A DNA stretch of 64,000 nucleotides, from contig JAHCIA010000001.1 in assembly GCA_026129465.1 (NCBI GenBank), forward strand, positions 2,885,503-2,949,502. The letters run 5' to 3'. Of this stretch, positions 25,744-36,546 are shown in pieces. Below the pieces are notes generated by a model that was not told where the DNA came from, searched no databases, and worked only from the letters and a program-made list of their open reading frames with translations. Position 1 is the first letter of the stretch, and every line of letters begins with the position of its first letter. The position numbers and the translations under genes were made by a program. The stretch is from Flavobacteriales bacterium. Its GTDB lineage: Bacteria > Bacteroidota > Bacteroidia > Flavobacteriales_F > PHOS-HE28.

Positions 25744-27015
25744 ATGCGCAAGAAGGGGTGGATGTTGACCGGTGCGGTGCTGCTGCTGCCCGTGGCCTAC
25801 CTGCTGGTGGGCGTGGATGTGCGGCCCAAGGAGGAGTACGTGGAACCGCCGATGCCCGAAACCGTGGACAGCGTCCCACTGCCACCGAGTGCCTACGGCA
25901 TCCCCATGTCGGGCTTCGTCCTGGAGCAAGGTGTACTGCGCGCAGGCGCCAACTTAGGCGGCTTGCTGGGCGAGCACGGCGTGCCGATGACCACCGTGCA
26001 CGAGCTCGTGGAACTGGCCAAGCCGCACTTCGATGTGCGCCGCATGCGCAGCGGCCAGCCCTACGCCTTCATCTTCAGCGATGACAACGACCATGTGCCC
26101 AACCACTTCGTGTACGAGTCCGACGCGGTGGAGTACGTCGTCTTCGACCTGCAGGACAGCCTGAACGTGCGGGTGGGCCGGCGGCCGGTACGCACGGTCG
26201 AAGGCAGCGTTTCCGTGGCCGTGACCGGCGCATTGTACAACGATCTGTCGCGGGCCGGTGCCGATCCCATGCTGGCGCTGCAATTGGCCGACGTGTTCGC
26301 CTGGACGGTGGACTTCCACAAGATCCAGAAGGAAGACGTTTTCACCGTGGTCTATGGCCAGCAGGAGGTGGATGGACGCCGGCATGGCATGCCCCGCGTG
26401 ACGGCCGCGCGTTACACCAGTGGCGGCCGCGTGCTGCAGGCGTTCCTGCATGAGCAGGAGGATGGCGCGCAATACTTCGATGAGGAGGGGAACAGTCTGC
26501 GCAAGGCGTTCCTGAAGGCGCCACTGAAGTTCAGCCGCATCTCCTCGGGCTTCAGTGGCCGGCGGCTGCACCCGGTGCAGAAGGTGATGAAGGCGCACCT
26601 GGGCACCGACTACGCCGCGCCCTACGGCACGCCCATCCTCAGCGTGGGCGATGGCGTGGTGGAGACCACGGGCCACACCGGCGGCAACGGCAACTTCGTG
26701 AAGATCCGGCACAACAGCGTGTACAGCACGCAATACCTGCACATGCGCAAGATCCTGGTGCGGCAGGGGCAGCGGGTGCAACAGGGCGATGTGATCGGTG
26801 AGGTGGGCAGCACGGGCCTGGCCACAGGACCGCACGTGTGTTTCCGCTTCTGGAAGAACGGCAGGCAGGTGGACCACCGCAAGGAGGAGTTCCCCAGTGC
26901 CGAACCCATAGCCGAAGCGCAACGGCCAGCCTTCGAGCGGATGCGCGACGGCTATGTCACGCGGCTCGACCGCCTGGAGGCGAAGGGTACTCAGGAGCGC
27001 TTGGTGAGCTTCTGA
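25744..27015 (+). CDS. M23-family metallopeptidase
   Basis: HLGTDYAAPYGTPI, GNFVKIRH and GSTGLATGPHVCF motifs (HxxxD / HxH zinc ligands). N-terminal TM anchor. Confidence 0.85.
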   Translation: MRKKGWMLTGAVLLLPVAYLLVGVDVRPKEEYVEPPMPETVDSVPLPPSAYGIPMSGFVLEQGVLRAGANLGGLLGEHGVPMTTVHELVELAKPHFDVRRMRSGQPYAFIFSDDNDHVPNHFVYESDAVEYVVFDLQDSLNVRVGRRPVRTVEGSVSVAVTGALYNDLSRAGADPMLALQLADVFAWTVDFHKIQKEDVFTVVYGQQEVDGRRHGMPRVTAARYTSGGRVLQAFLHEQEDGAQYFDEEGNSLRKAFLKAPLKFSRISSGFSGRRLHPVQKVMKAHLGTDYAAPYGTPILSVGDGVVETTGHTGGNGNFVKIRHNSVYSTQYLHMRKILVRQGQRVQQGDVIGEVGSTGLATGPHVCFRFWKNGRQVDHRKEEFPSAEPIAEAQRPAFERMRDGYVTRLDRLEAKGTQERLVSF

Positions 27016-27656
27016 TCCCCGGCCAGCGCGAGGATCTCCTGGTAGGTGTGCGTGCCACCCTGGTCCAGATGTGTGGCATTCAACAGGGCTTGGGCCAGCA
27101 CATCATGCGGCATGGGCTTGTAACGAGCGGGAAGCAGGGGCGCGAAGAGCCGGCCCAGCGCGATGCCGATGCGCTCACCGGCCCGGTGTTCCTGTCGCGG
27201 GCCGGTGAGGATGGAAGGCTGGAACAAGTGCAACGCAGGGAGCTCCAGCGCCTTCAACTCCGCTTCCATTTCACCCTTTACCCGGTTGTAGAAGACGCGC
27301 GACCGTGGATCGGCGCCGATCGCACTGACAACACCTAACACGGGAATTCCTTGCGACTTCGCCCAGCGCCCGAGGCCCACCACCAGATCCTTGTCCACGT
27401 GGACGAACTTCGCCTTGTCGCCACCCACCTTGCGGATGGTGGTGCCCAGGCAGCAGACCACCGCGTCCAACCGCTCGGGACGGAGCGCTTGCAGGAGTTC
27501 CTCATGGCGCCATTCCTCCAGCTTGGGATGATGCGTTCCCAACGGCCTCCGTGTGAGGGCGATCACCCTGCTGAAGCGATCATCAACCAGGGCGAGCTTG
27601 AGGACCGTGGAACCGATCAGACCGGTGGGGCCTGCGACAAGCAGGGAGCGTGACAT
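26991..27656 (-). CDS. NAD(P)H-binding oxidoreductase (atypical SDR)
   Basis: LLVAGPTGLIGS Rossmann motif. 221 aa. 25-nt convergent overlap with the M23 gene. Confidence 0.7.
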   Translation of the reverse strand: MSRSLLVAGPTGLIGSTVLKLALVDDRFSRVIALTRRPLGTHHPKLEEWRHEELLQALRPERLDAVVCCLGTTIRKVGGDKAKFVHVDKDLVVGLGRWAKSQGIPVLGVVSAIGADPRSRVFYNRVKGEMEAELKALELPALHLFQPSILTGPRQEHRAGERIGIALGRLFAPLLPARYKPMPHDVLAQALLNATHLDQGGTHTYQEILALAGDQKLTKRS

Positions 27657-27701
27657 GCCACGAATTTCGGTGCGTATTGTAGTTTGTAATATAAACAAGT
27701 C

Positions 27702-27709
27702 TATATTTG
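27702..27709 (+). promoter_or_regulatory. candidate -7 box TATATTTG in an AT-rich divergent spacer
   Basis: Exact TAnnTTTG match, 21 nt upstream of ATG 27731. A TTTG at 27683-27686 is a possible -33 element with shorter-than-usual spacing. Confidence 0.3.
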
Positions 27710-27730
27710 TCCCATCCAACACCAACAACC

Positions 27731-28318
27731 ATGGACAACACCCTCACCCCCGAACAGAGTCTTCGGCTGATCGAGAGCATGATCGGCCAGGCCAAGAAGA
27801 GCTTTTCCCGCGTGAGCTTCTACTTCCTGCTCTGGGGGGTGCTGCTCACTTTGGCCATGCTGGCCACCTATCTGCTTCGCGACCTGCCCAATGCCGTGGG
27901 CCAGGGCGCTCCCTGGGGCGTGGCCGGCATCGGAGGCGGCATCATCAGCGGTATCCATGGCGCCCGGCAGGGAAAGCGGGAGCCGGTGAACAATCCCATG
28001 GATGGCCTCATCGGGTGGCTCTGGTCATCCTTCGTCATCACCATGTTCATCACCATCGTCATGAGCGTGATGGACCAACGTGACCCGGCCGCGATGATCA
28101 CGTTGCTCACGGGTATTCCCACGTTCATGACAGGACAGATCATGCGCTTCAGGCCGCTGATCATCGGCGGGGTCATTTTCTGGCTGGCCGCGATCGCCAT
28201 GCACATCACGCAGGATCCGCTTGTGCTCACCTTGCTGTACTGCGGGGCCATGCTGCTCGGCTATATCGTCCCCGGTATCATGCTCAAGCGCCAGGAAGAT
28301 GGCCTTCGCACCGCTTGA
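27731..28318 (+). CDS. hypothetical polytopic membrane protein
   Basis: Amphipathic N-terminus followed by ~4-5 TM segments. No family recognised. Confidence 0.6.
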   Translation: MDNTLTPEQSLRLIESMIGQAKKSFSRVSFYFLLWGVLLTLAMLATYLLRDLPNAVGQGAPWGVAGIGGGIISGIHGARQGKREPVNNPMDGLIGWLWSSFVITMFITIVMSVMDQRDPAAMITLLTGIPTFMTGQIMRFRPLIIGGVIFWLAAIAMHITQDPLVLTLLYCGAMLLGYIVPGIMLKRQEDGLRTA

Positions 28319-28586
28319 TCCCATCCTGCACAACCAGTTGCGGCTCGCCATCATGAGCCTGCTGGTGGCCGTGGAGGAAGGCGACTTCAACTTTCTGTTG
28401 GAGAAGACCGGCGCCACGCGCGGCAATCTCAGTGTGCAGATCGGCAAGCTGAAGGAGGCGGGCTACATCACGGTGGTGAAGGGCTACAAGGACAACTATC
28501 CGCACACGCGCTGCAGCATCACGGCCCAGGGGATCAAGGCCTTTGAGAAATATGTGGCGGCGTTGAAGGACTATCTTGGCGAATGA
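28299..28586 (+). CDS. small winged-helix transcriptional regulator (HTH_34/MarR-like)
   Basis: LDPILHNQLRLAIMSLL...FNFLLEKTGATRGNLSVQIGKLKEAGYI. 95 aa. 20-nt overlap with the upstream membrane-protein gene. Confidence 0.75.
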   Translation: MAFAPLDPILHNQLRLAIMSLLVAVEEGDFNFLLEKTGATRGNLSVQIGKLKEAGYITVVKGYKDNYPHTRCSITAQGIKAFEKYVAALKDYLGE

Positions 28587-28616
28587 GTCGCGCTTGCCAG
28601 CGGCTGGTGTATATCC

Positions 28617-29261
28617 ATGCTCCGGAAAGCGTCCTACCTCTTTCTCGCTGCCACGCTGCTGCTGGCCGCCTGTGCCAAGGACCCGCCCCAGCCGCCCAAC
28701 AACCCGGCGCCACCGCCCCCGCCGCCGGACGACCCAACGTTCGAGTTGTCGCTCGATGGTCCGATCGGTTTCCAGATGACCGCCGGTGGGAGCACCACCA
28801 CGTGGGTTGAAGGCGGTGAGTTCGTGGCGCTGTTCGGCATGGATGGGGAGACCGGCACGCCCAGCACACGCATCTACACGGCCGGACTGGAAGCGGATGA
28901 CGCACGCTTCATCGCATTCCGGGTGGGCACGCTCACCTACGATGGCCCGGTGGTGACGCCGGAGGAATTCCATGGCTTTCTATCGCCCGGTGCACGGCCC
29001 CTGGCACCCTTGATGCCCTTGCCTGGCGGAGTGGTCATCGACCATCGCGATGCGTCCGGCGCGTTCTGGTCCACCGTCTGTGGCTCGGCGGCGCAGGGGG
29101 GCGGCTTCTTCACCATCACCGATATGGCCACCGGAAGTGATGAACTGGGCATGTGGGTGCGCGTGGTGGCGGAGTTCCAAGGCACGCTGTACAACTGCGC
29201 CACCGGGGCCTCCATGCAGATGACCGATGGTGGCGCGGTGCTGGAGTTCTGGGAGTTCTGA
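28617..29261 (+). CDS. hypothetical lipoprotein with a poly-Pro linker
   Basis: Lipobox LLLAAC, followed by PPQPPNNPAPPPPPPDDP. Confidence 0.6.
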   Translation: MLRKASYLFLAATLLLAACAKDPPQPPNNPAPPPPPPDDPTFELSLDGPIGFQMTAGGSTTTWVEGGEFVALFGMDGETGTPSTRIYTAGLEADDARFIAFRVGTLTYDGPVVTPEEFHGFLSPGARPLAPLMPLPGGVVIDHRDASGAFWSTVCGSAAQGGGFFTITDMATGSDELGMWVRVVAEFQGTLYNCATGASMQMTDGGAVLEFWEF

Positions 29262-29273
29262 GCAGAGGAGTGC

Positions 29274-31223
<1,950 letters not shown>

Positions 31224-31276
31224 GGCCGGTATCGAGGCGCGAAGATACCCGGGAACAAGCCGGGCCCCGGCTTGGT

Positions 31277-31891
31277 TCAGCCCTTCAGACGGGTGCGTCC
31301 ATCCTTGGGCGTGTAGCCCGCCTCCAGCGTCCAACCGGCGCTTTCCACGATGGCGCGCAATGCTTCGACCATGACGCCGCGCTGTTTGTCAGCCTCGTCG
31401 AACAAGCCGCTGGTGGGCACCTTGTCCAGCACCTGCTGCCGCGCCTTCGTGTTGAGTGCGGTAAGTTCCTGCGGGGAGAAGCGGTTGAATATCCCGTTGC
31501 TGATGTCGTAGTAGTCCACCTCATGTTCGATGGACAGCACCTGCGGTTCGGGAGGCGCCAGCAGGGTGACGGTGCGTGTGGCCTCGTCGGTGGTGATGCG
31601 CATCCCGTCCAGGTCGTAGCCCACGCTCACCCGCGCCTTCACGCGCAGAATGGCCTGCTTCTCGGTGAAGCCTGGCACGCTGTAGCGCCAGTTCCAGCTG
31701 TCCTTGTGGTGGTAGAGTTCGTTGAATTCGCCCTCCACGGTCACCAATTTGAGCACCGGCCGCATGCGCTCAATGAGCACGCTGGCGGACACCCGCTCAC
31801 TGCCCTGGCCCGGGCGGTACACCTCACGTGTGATGAAGAATGCGAGTAGCGCGGTGGCGATGATGGCGAGGAGGAGGGTGATGCGTCGCAT
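31277..31891 (-). CDS. membrane-anchored DUF4230-like protein
   Basis: N-terminal TM. LKLVTVEGEFNE pattern. Confidence 0.65.
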   Translation of the reverse strand: MRRITLLLAIIATALLAFFITREVYRPGQGSERVSASVLIERMRPVLKLVTVEGEFNELYHHKDSWNWRYSVPGFTEKQAILRVKARVSVGYDLDGMRITTDEATRTVTLLAPPEPQVLSIEHEVDYYDISNGIFNRFSPQELTALNTKARQQVLDKVPTSGLFDEADKQRGVMVEALRAIVESAGWTLEAGYTPKDGRTRLKG

Positions 31892-31905
31892 GGCAGGTGA
31901 CGCGA

Positions 31906-32811
31906 TCAGTGCGACAATGGTGCCACACCCGCCATGCGCCGGGCTTCGCGCTTGGCGAACCAGCCATTGGTGAAGAGGCAGGCGAGGATCAGCGCGAAAC
32001 CCGCGTAGCTGCCCAGGTGCAGTTTCTCATCATCGCCCCAGATGACCAGTGCCAGCACGATGCTGTAGACCGGCTCGAGGTTCACGGTGAGGCTCACGGT
32101 GAAGGCGCTCAACTGGCGCATGACGGCGATGCCCGCCACGAAGGCGAAGCTGGTGCACAGCAGGCCAAGGACCAGATGCCACAGCACCTGGTCGCCGGCC
32201 AGCGACCACAAGGGCGGCGGCAACGTCCCTTCCACGGCCATCCACACGCCCACCACCACCGCCGCGCCGAACAACTCATACAGGCCGATGCGCCCGCTGT
32301 GGTCGCGCTTCACCAGTTGACCGTTCACCACGGTGAACCAGGCGGAGAGCAAGGCCGAGGTGGTGGCCACCAGCATGCCCATGCGCTGGCCGGTTTCCAG
32401 GCCGAAGATCATGACCAACGCGGCGATGACCAGAGAACCGAGTATCAGTTCATAGGGCCGCACACGGCGCTTGTTCCAGATCGGCTCCAGCAAGGCGGTG
32501 AAGATGGTGCTGGCGGCGAGGCAGGTGACGGCGATGGACACGCTGCTGATCTTGATGGCATGGAAGAAGGTCCACCAATGCCCGGCGATGATCACGCCCG
32601 TGAGCACATGGTGATGCCAGTCGCGCCGGTTGGGCAGCACGGGGAAGCCCATCCACCAGCCGGCGAGCAGCAACCCCAGCACACCGATCACGGTGCGCAT
32701 GTACACCACCTGTTCGGCGTCCTGGTCGATGAGCCTGCCCAGGATGCCGGTGAGGCCCCAGATGAGCACGGTGATGTGCAGGAGCAGCAGGGCATTGTGG
32801 CGGCTTCGCAT
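31906..32811 (-). CDS. DMT-superfamily (EamA-like) transporter
   Basis: Ten predicted TM segments in two EamA-like halves. ATG 32811 chosen (MRSRHNALLLLHITVLIWG). Confidence 0.8.
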   Translation of the reverse strand: MRSRHNALLLLHITVLIWGLTGILGRLIDQDAEQVVYMRTVIGVLGLLLAGWWMGFPVLPNRRDWHHHVLTGVIIAGHWWTFFHAIKISSVSIAVTCLAASTIFTALLEPIWNKRRVRPYELILGSLVIAALVMIFGLETGQRMGMLVATTSALLSAWFTVVNGQLVKRDHSGRIGLYELFGAAVVVGVWMAVEGTLPPPLWSLAGDQVLWHLVLGLLCTSFAFVAGIAVMRQLSAFTVSLTVNLEPVYSIVLALVIWGDDEKLHLGSYAGFALILACLFTNGWFAKREARRMAGVAPLSH

Positions 32812-32824
32812 GCTGCTGGTGTGA

Positions 32825-33697
32825 TCAGTGGATGGCTTCGCGTGCTTCACGAAGCTCTTCCGTACGCGCGCGCTGCCGCTCGATCTCCTGCCGTTTCGCG
32901 GCTTGTGCTTCGGCATTGCGGCGCAGTCCATCCTTCAATCCGGCATCACGCTTTCGGGCCTGTTCCATCGCGCGCTGCGCGGCGGCATGCCGCGATGTCA
33001 ACTTGTCATGGTGCTTTTCCCGCGCCTTCAGTTCCTTGACGCCTTCCTCGGTGTGCGCCTCGCGCAGCGCTGCCCGCCGTTCCTCGGCATGCGTCCTGGC
33101 CACTTCGATCTCCTGTGCCAGCCGTGCCTGGTCCGCCACGGAGGTGCTGTCGCGCTGCCGGGCCTTGGAGCGCTGCATCTCCATGCGCCCCTGCTCGCGC
33201 TCCAGCATCGCCAGTTCGCCGCGCATGCGGGACAATGTCCGATCGGCCTGCAGTACCGCTTCGTCCGCGAGCCGGATGCGCAGGGCCAGGGCTTCGCGCC
33301 GCACGAATTCGCGCGCGCCCCGGACCATGGCGCTGTCGCTTCCCGGCCCGAGCCAGCCCATCGTGGTGAGAAAGGCCACATGCAACGTGGTGCTGCCGCT
33401 GCCTCGCGGCTGGTCGCCTTTCACCAGCACGCGCATCGTATCGTGCGAGATCTCCGGGATCAACGCCGTCATGCCGATGATCTCCTTCTTGCCGCCCACC
33501 TTGTGGCTCACGCGCTTCAGCACGCCGCGCCAGTGGTCCTCGATGGTCCGCGTACCAGCACCGTGGAAGGTCACGGCGAAGGTGGGGTGGATGCCGTCGC
33601 TGAAGGCGAAGGAGCGCTTCTCCACGGTGGTGGCATCCTGTGCGGCGCACGCCAGGGAGAGGCCCATTCCGGCCACGATGCAGCAAGCGCGGATCAT
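32825..33697 (-). CDS. hypothetical secreted protein with an Arg/Glu/Ala-rich coiled-coil C-terminal half
   Basis: Signal peptide MIRACCIVAGMGLSLACAAQ. ATGA overlap with the upstream gene. Confidence 0.55.
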   Translation of the reverse strand: MIRACCIVAGMGLSLACAAQDATTVEKRSFAFSDGIHPTFAVTFHGAGTRTIEDHWRGVLKRVSHKVGGKKEIIGMTALIPEISHDTMRVLVKGDQPRGSGSTTLHVAFLTTMGWLGPGSDSAMVRGAREFVRREALALRIRLADEAVLQADRTLSRMRGELAMLEREQGRMEMQRSKARQRDSTSVADQARLAQEIEVARTHAEERRAALREAHTEEGVKELKAREKHHDKLTSRHAAAQRAMEQARKRDAGLKDGLRRNAEAQAAKRQEIERQRARTEELREAREAIH

Positions 33698-34272
33698 GCT
33701 TCGTCCACTTGGCTCACGCCTCCGCTCACCACGAACTTCATCACATCGGTGGCGTTGGCCGGGATGGGGGTGATGTTCGCCATCGGCACGATCACCAGGT
33801 TGCCGCTCCAGGCGAAGGCGTGGGGCAGGTACACGGCCACCTTGCCGCCGGCGATGCCCAGATGCGACAGGTCGTCCTGCGTGATGAAGCCCACGCGCTC
33901 CACATCCATCGCGGAGCCGAGCCTCACCAGCACCGGCCGGTCGAATTTCTTCTTGTTGCCCACGAGCGCCTCCACGATGTCCTTCAGCGCGCCGTACATG
34001 GTCTTCAGGAAGGGGATGCGCTGCAAGGCCTCCTCGATGAGGTCGGCGAAGGGTTGGAACAAAAGCGAACTCGCCAGCCACCCCGCGCCTGTGATGATCG
34101 CCAGCAGCAGAATGATGCCCAGCCCGGGGATGTCGGTCTCGATGAGGCCATCGAGGAAGGCCAGTGAGCGCCAGACGGCCCAGACCGTGAGGGTGGCGGG
34201 CACGAGCACGAGCAGGCCTCGGAAGAAGTAGCTGAGGAAGATCTTGCCGATACGGCGTGTGGTGAGGCTCAT
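33694..34272 (-). CDS. DUF502-like membrane protein
   Basis: Two N-terminal TM segments. Overall pattern as in the DUF502 family. Confidence 0.7.
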   Translation of the reverse strand: MSLTTRRIGKIFLSYFFRGLLVLVPATLTVWAVWRSLAFLDGLIETDIPGLGIILLLAIITGAGWLASSLLFQPFADLIEEALQRIPFLKTMYGALKDIVEALVGNKKKFDRPVLVRLGSAMDVERVGFITQDDLSHLGIAGGKVAVYLPHAFAWSGNLVIVPMANITPIPANATDVMKFVVSGGVSQVDEA

Positions 34273-34311
34273 GGCGGGGTGGATGGGCCCCGCAAAGCTA
34301 TCGGACCGTCC

Positions 34312-34668
34312 TCACGCGCCCTGCTCCAGTTCGCGGCGAGCACGGGCCGGCAGTGAAGCCCGCACCAGGTCGTAACTGTGGCGCGCCAGTTCAAGAAGCA
34401 AGGCCGCCGGTACGCTTCCATCGGTGGTCACCGTGTTCCAATGCGCCTTGTTCATGTGGTAGCCCGGGGTGATGCCACCAAAGCGCTCGCGCAGGTCGAT
34501 GGCGCGTTCCGGGTCGCACTTCAGGTTCACGCTTGTGAAGAGGTCCACATCCATCAAGGCGAAGATCTTGCCGCCCACGCGGAAGGCCAGGGTGCTCGCA
34601 TCGAAGGGCAGGTCCTCGGTGAAGCCCGGGAAGCGCGCGCAGTGGTCGCGGAATTCCGCCAAGGTCAT
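34312..34668 (-). CDS. MmcQ/YjbR-family protein
   Basis: FPGFTEDLPFDASTLAFRVGGKIFAL pattern. 118 aa. Confidence 0.75.
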   Translation of the reverse strand: MTLAEFRDHCARFPGFTEDLPFDASTLAFRVGGKIFALMDVDLFTSVNLKCDPERAIDLRERFGGITPGYHMNKAHWNTVTTDGSVPAALLLELARHSYDLVRASLPARARRELEQGA

Positions 34669-35429
34669 GGCAGCAAGGCGTAGAGCACAGGCCGGCTGGG
34701 GGCCGCGTCGTTCATGAAGTTCGCCACCTGCAATTCCAGCAGGTAGTCACCATCGCGCACTTCCCGGGGTATCCGCAGCAATTCGGAGATGGTGCGTTCC
34801 TGATCGGTGCTGTTGGGGAAATCCCAGAAGGCATGGTGCGCGGCCAGCACACCGCCATCCTCTTCGCGGTCAATGCTGGGCAGGTCCAGCAACAGGTGTT
34901 TCACGCCGATGCTGCGCAGCCAGGCGCATGCGGTGCTCTGCAGATAACAGGGGTTCGATCCGCTCCAATCGCGTGTGGTGGCGTCATCGCGGTGTGGCAG
35001 GGTGCGCACGATGATGGCTTCCGGGGGGCGTTCGCTCACCACGTTGCGCAGTTGTTCCAAGGTGATCACCTGGTCCTCCCTGGCATCGGGTGCGCGCCGT
35101 GTTTCGGGCAACAGGCTCACCAGTTGGGCGGTGAAGAAGTAGCGCTTCAGCAAGCCGCCCACCGGATGGATCTCGGGACTGATGTGGCCCACGCTCTCGG
35201 TGTGGGTGCCGTGGCCGTGTGGATTGAAATGGATGTCTCGGAAATTCACCGGGGCACCATCCTGCACGCTGAAGCGCGTGTCGCCCATGCGCACGGGCTC
35301 CATCGTCACCGGGCCCACGTACCATGCCTTGGTGCGGCCCTCGCCCGCGTGCAGCGGCAGACTCAGGTCGATGGGTTTCGACAGGTCCACGCGGAAGCTG
35401 CGGCCGTGGTGGGTGATCTCAGCGATCAT
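34665..35429 (-). CDS. cyclase-family protein (kynurenine-formamidase-like fold)
   Basis: HGHGTHTESVGH, resembling the HxGTHxDxPxH metal motif. Confidence 0.7.
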   Translation of the reverse strand: MIAEITHHGRSFRVDLSKPIDLSLPLHAGEGRTKAWYVGPVTMEPVRMGDTRFSVQDGAPVNFRDIHFNPHGHGTHTESVGHISPEIHPVGGLLKRYFFTAQLVSLLPETRRAPDAREDQVITLEQLRNVVSERPPEAIIVRTLPHRDDATTRDWSGSNPCYLQSTACAWLRSIGVKHLLLDLPSIDREEDGGVLAAHHAFWDFPNSTDQERTISELLRIPREVRDGDYLLELQVANFMNDAAPSRPVLYALLP

Positions 35430-36543
35430 CGTCGGTGACGAACAGGTCCGATGCGATGCGGTCGGCGTGGTGCCTGCCCGCCCTGGTCAAAGCTAAGCGG
35501 CCCCCTTCCAGGGTCAGGTTCCCTTGGTCGAGGTGTTTCCGCAGCAGGCCCTTGTTGACCCGCAGGGCGTCGATCTCCAACTGGTCGGTGCGCACGCCCG
35601 CGATCGTACGCAGGCCGGTCATCAAAAGTTCGTTGGTGCGTTTCGCCGGGGTCAGTTCCTCCTCGTCCCACCAGGGATCGCCGCGTTCAATGGCCTGTGC
35701 GTAACGCAGGTTGTGGGCCAGGTTCCAGCGACGACTTCGACCGTCGTAGCTGTGCGCCGATGGACCTGCCCCCAGGTAGGGCACACCCTCCCAATAGGCC
35801 GCATTGTGGCGGGATCGGTGGCCCGCCCGCCCGAAGTTGCTGATCTCGTATTGCTCCAGGCCGGCCTGCGCCATGCGGTCCATCAAGCGATCGAATTGGG
35901 CGCTCTGGTCCACATCGTCCGGCATGCGCAACAGGCCCAGGCGCACCTGGTGGTCCAGCGCGGTGCGTGCCTCCACGGTGAGGCAGTATGCGCTCAGGTG
36001 CGGCATGCCGTGGTCCAGGGCGATGGTGAGTTGCTCGTCCCATTCGGCAGTTGTCATGCCCGGCAGGCCGTAGATCAGGTCGATGGTCCAGGACGCGAAC
36101 CCTGCGCCGGCGATGAGCGCGATGCTGTCCATCGCTTGTCGCGCGTCATGCGCCCGCCCCATCCATTTCAAGCGCTCATCGCGGAAGCTTTGTGTGCCCA
36201 GGCTGATGCGCGTGATACCGAGTTCCTTCCACATCGCGAGACGGTCCGGCGTGATGTCGTCCGGATTGGTCTCCAGGGTGATCTCGGCACCGGGTTCCAC
36301 ACCTTGGCGTTCATGTATCACACGCATGAAGCCCGTGATCTCATCCTGCTCCAGCAAGCTTGGTGTGCCACCGCCGAAGTAGACCGTGCCGAAGGGCCCA
36401 TCCACCTCCCCCGAGCGAGCCTCCAATTCACGGTGCATGGCGGCCAGCACGCGTGACCGGGCGCCCATGCTGGTGCTGAAGTGGAAGTCGCAATAGTTGC
36501 AGGCCTTGCGACAGAAGGGGATATGCAGGTAGAGCCCCGCCAT
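35419..36543 (-). CDS. hemW: radical SAM heme chaperone HemW
   Basis: LYLHIPFCRKACNYCDF cluster motif. 374 aa. Confidence 0.9.
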   Translation of the reverse strand: MAGLYLHIPFCRKACNYCDFHFSTSMGARSRVLAAMHRELEARSGEVDGPFGTVYFGGGTPSLLEQDEITGFMRVIHERQGVEPGAEITLETNPDDITPDRLAMWKELGITRISLGTQSFRDERLKWMGRAHDARQAMDSIALIAGAGFASWTIDLIYGLPGMTTAEWDEQLTIALDHGMPHLSAYCLTVEARTALDHQVRLGLLRMPDDVDQSAQFDRLMDRMAQAGLEQYEISNFGRAGHRSRHNAAYWEGVPYLGAGPSAHSYDGRSRRWNLAHNLRYAQAIERGDPWWDEEELTPAKRTNELLMTGLRTIAGVRTDQLEIDALRVNKGLLRKHLDQGNLTLEGGRLALTRAGRHHADRIASDLFVTDDDR

Positions 36544-36546
36544 GGC

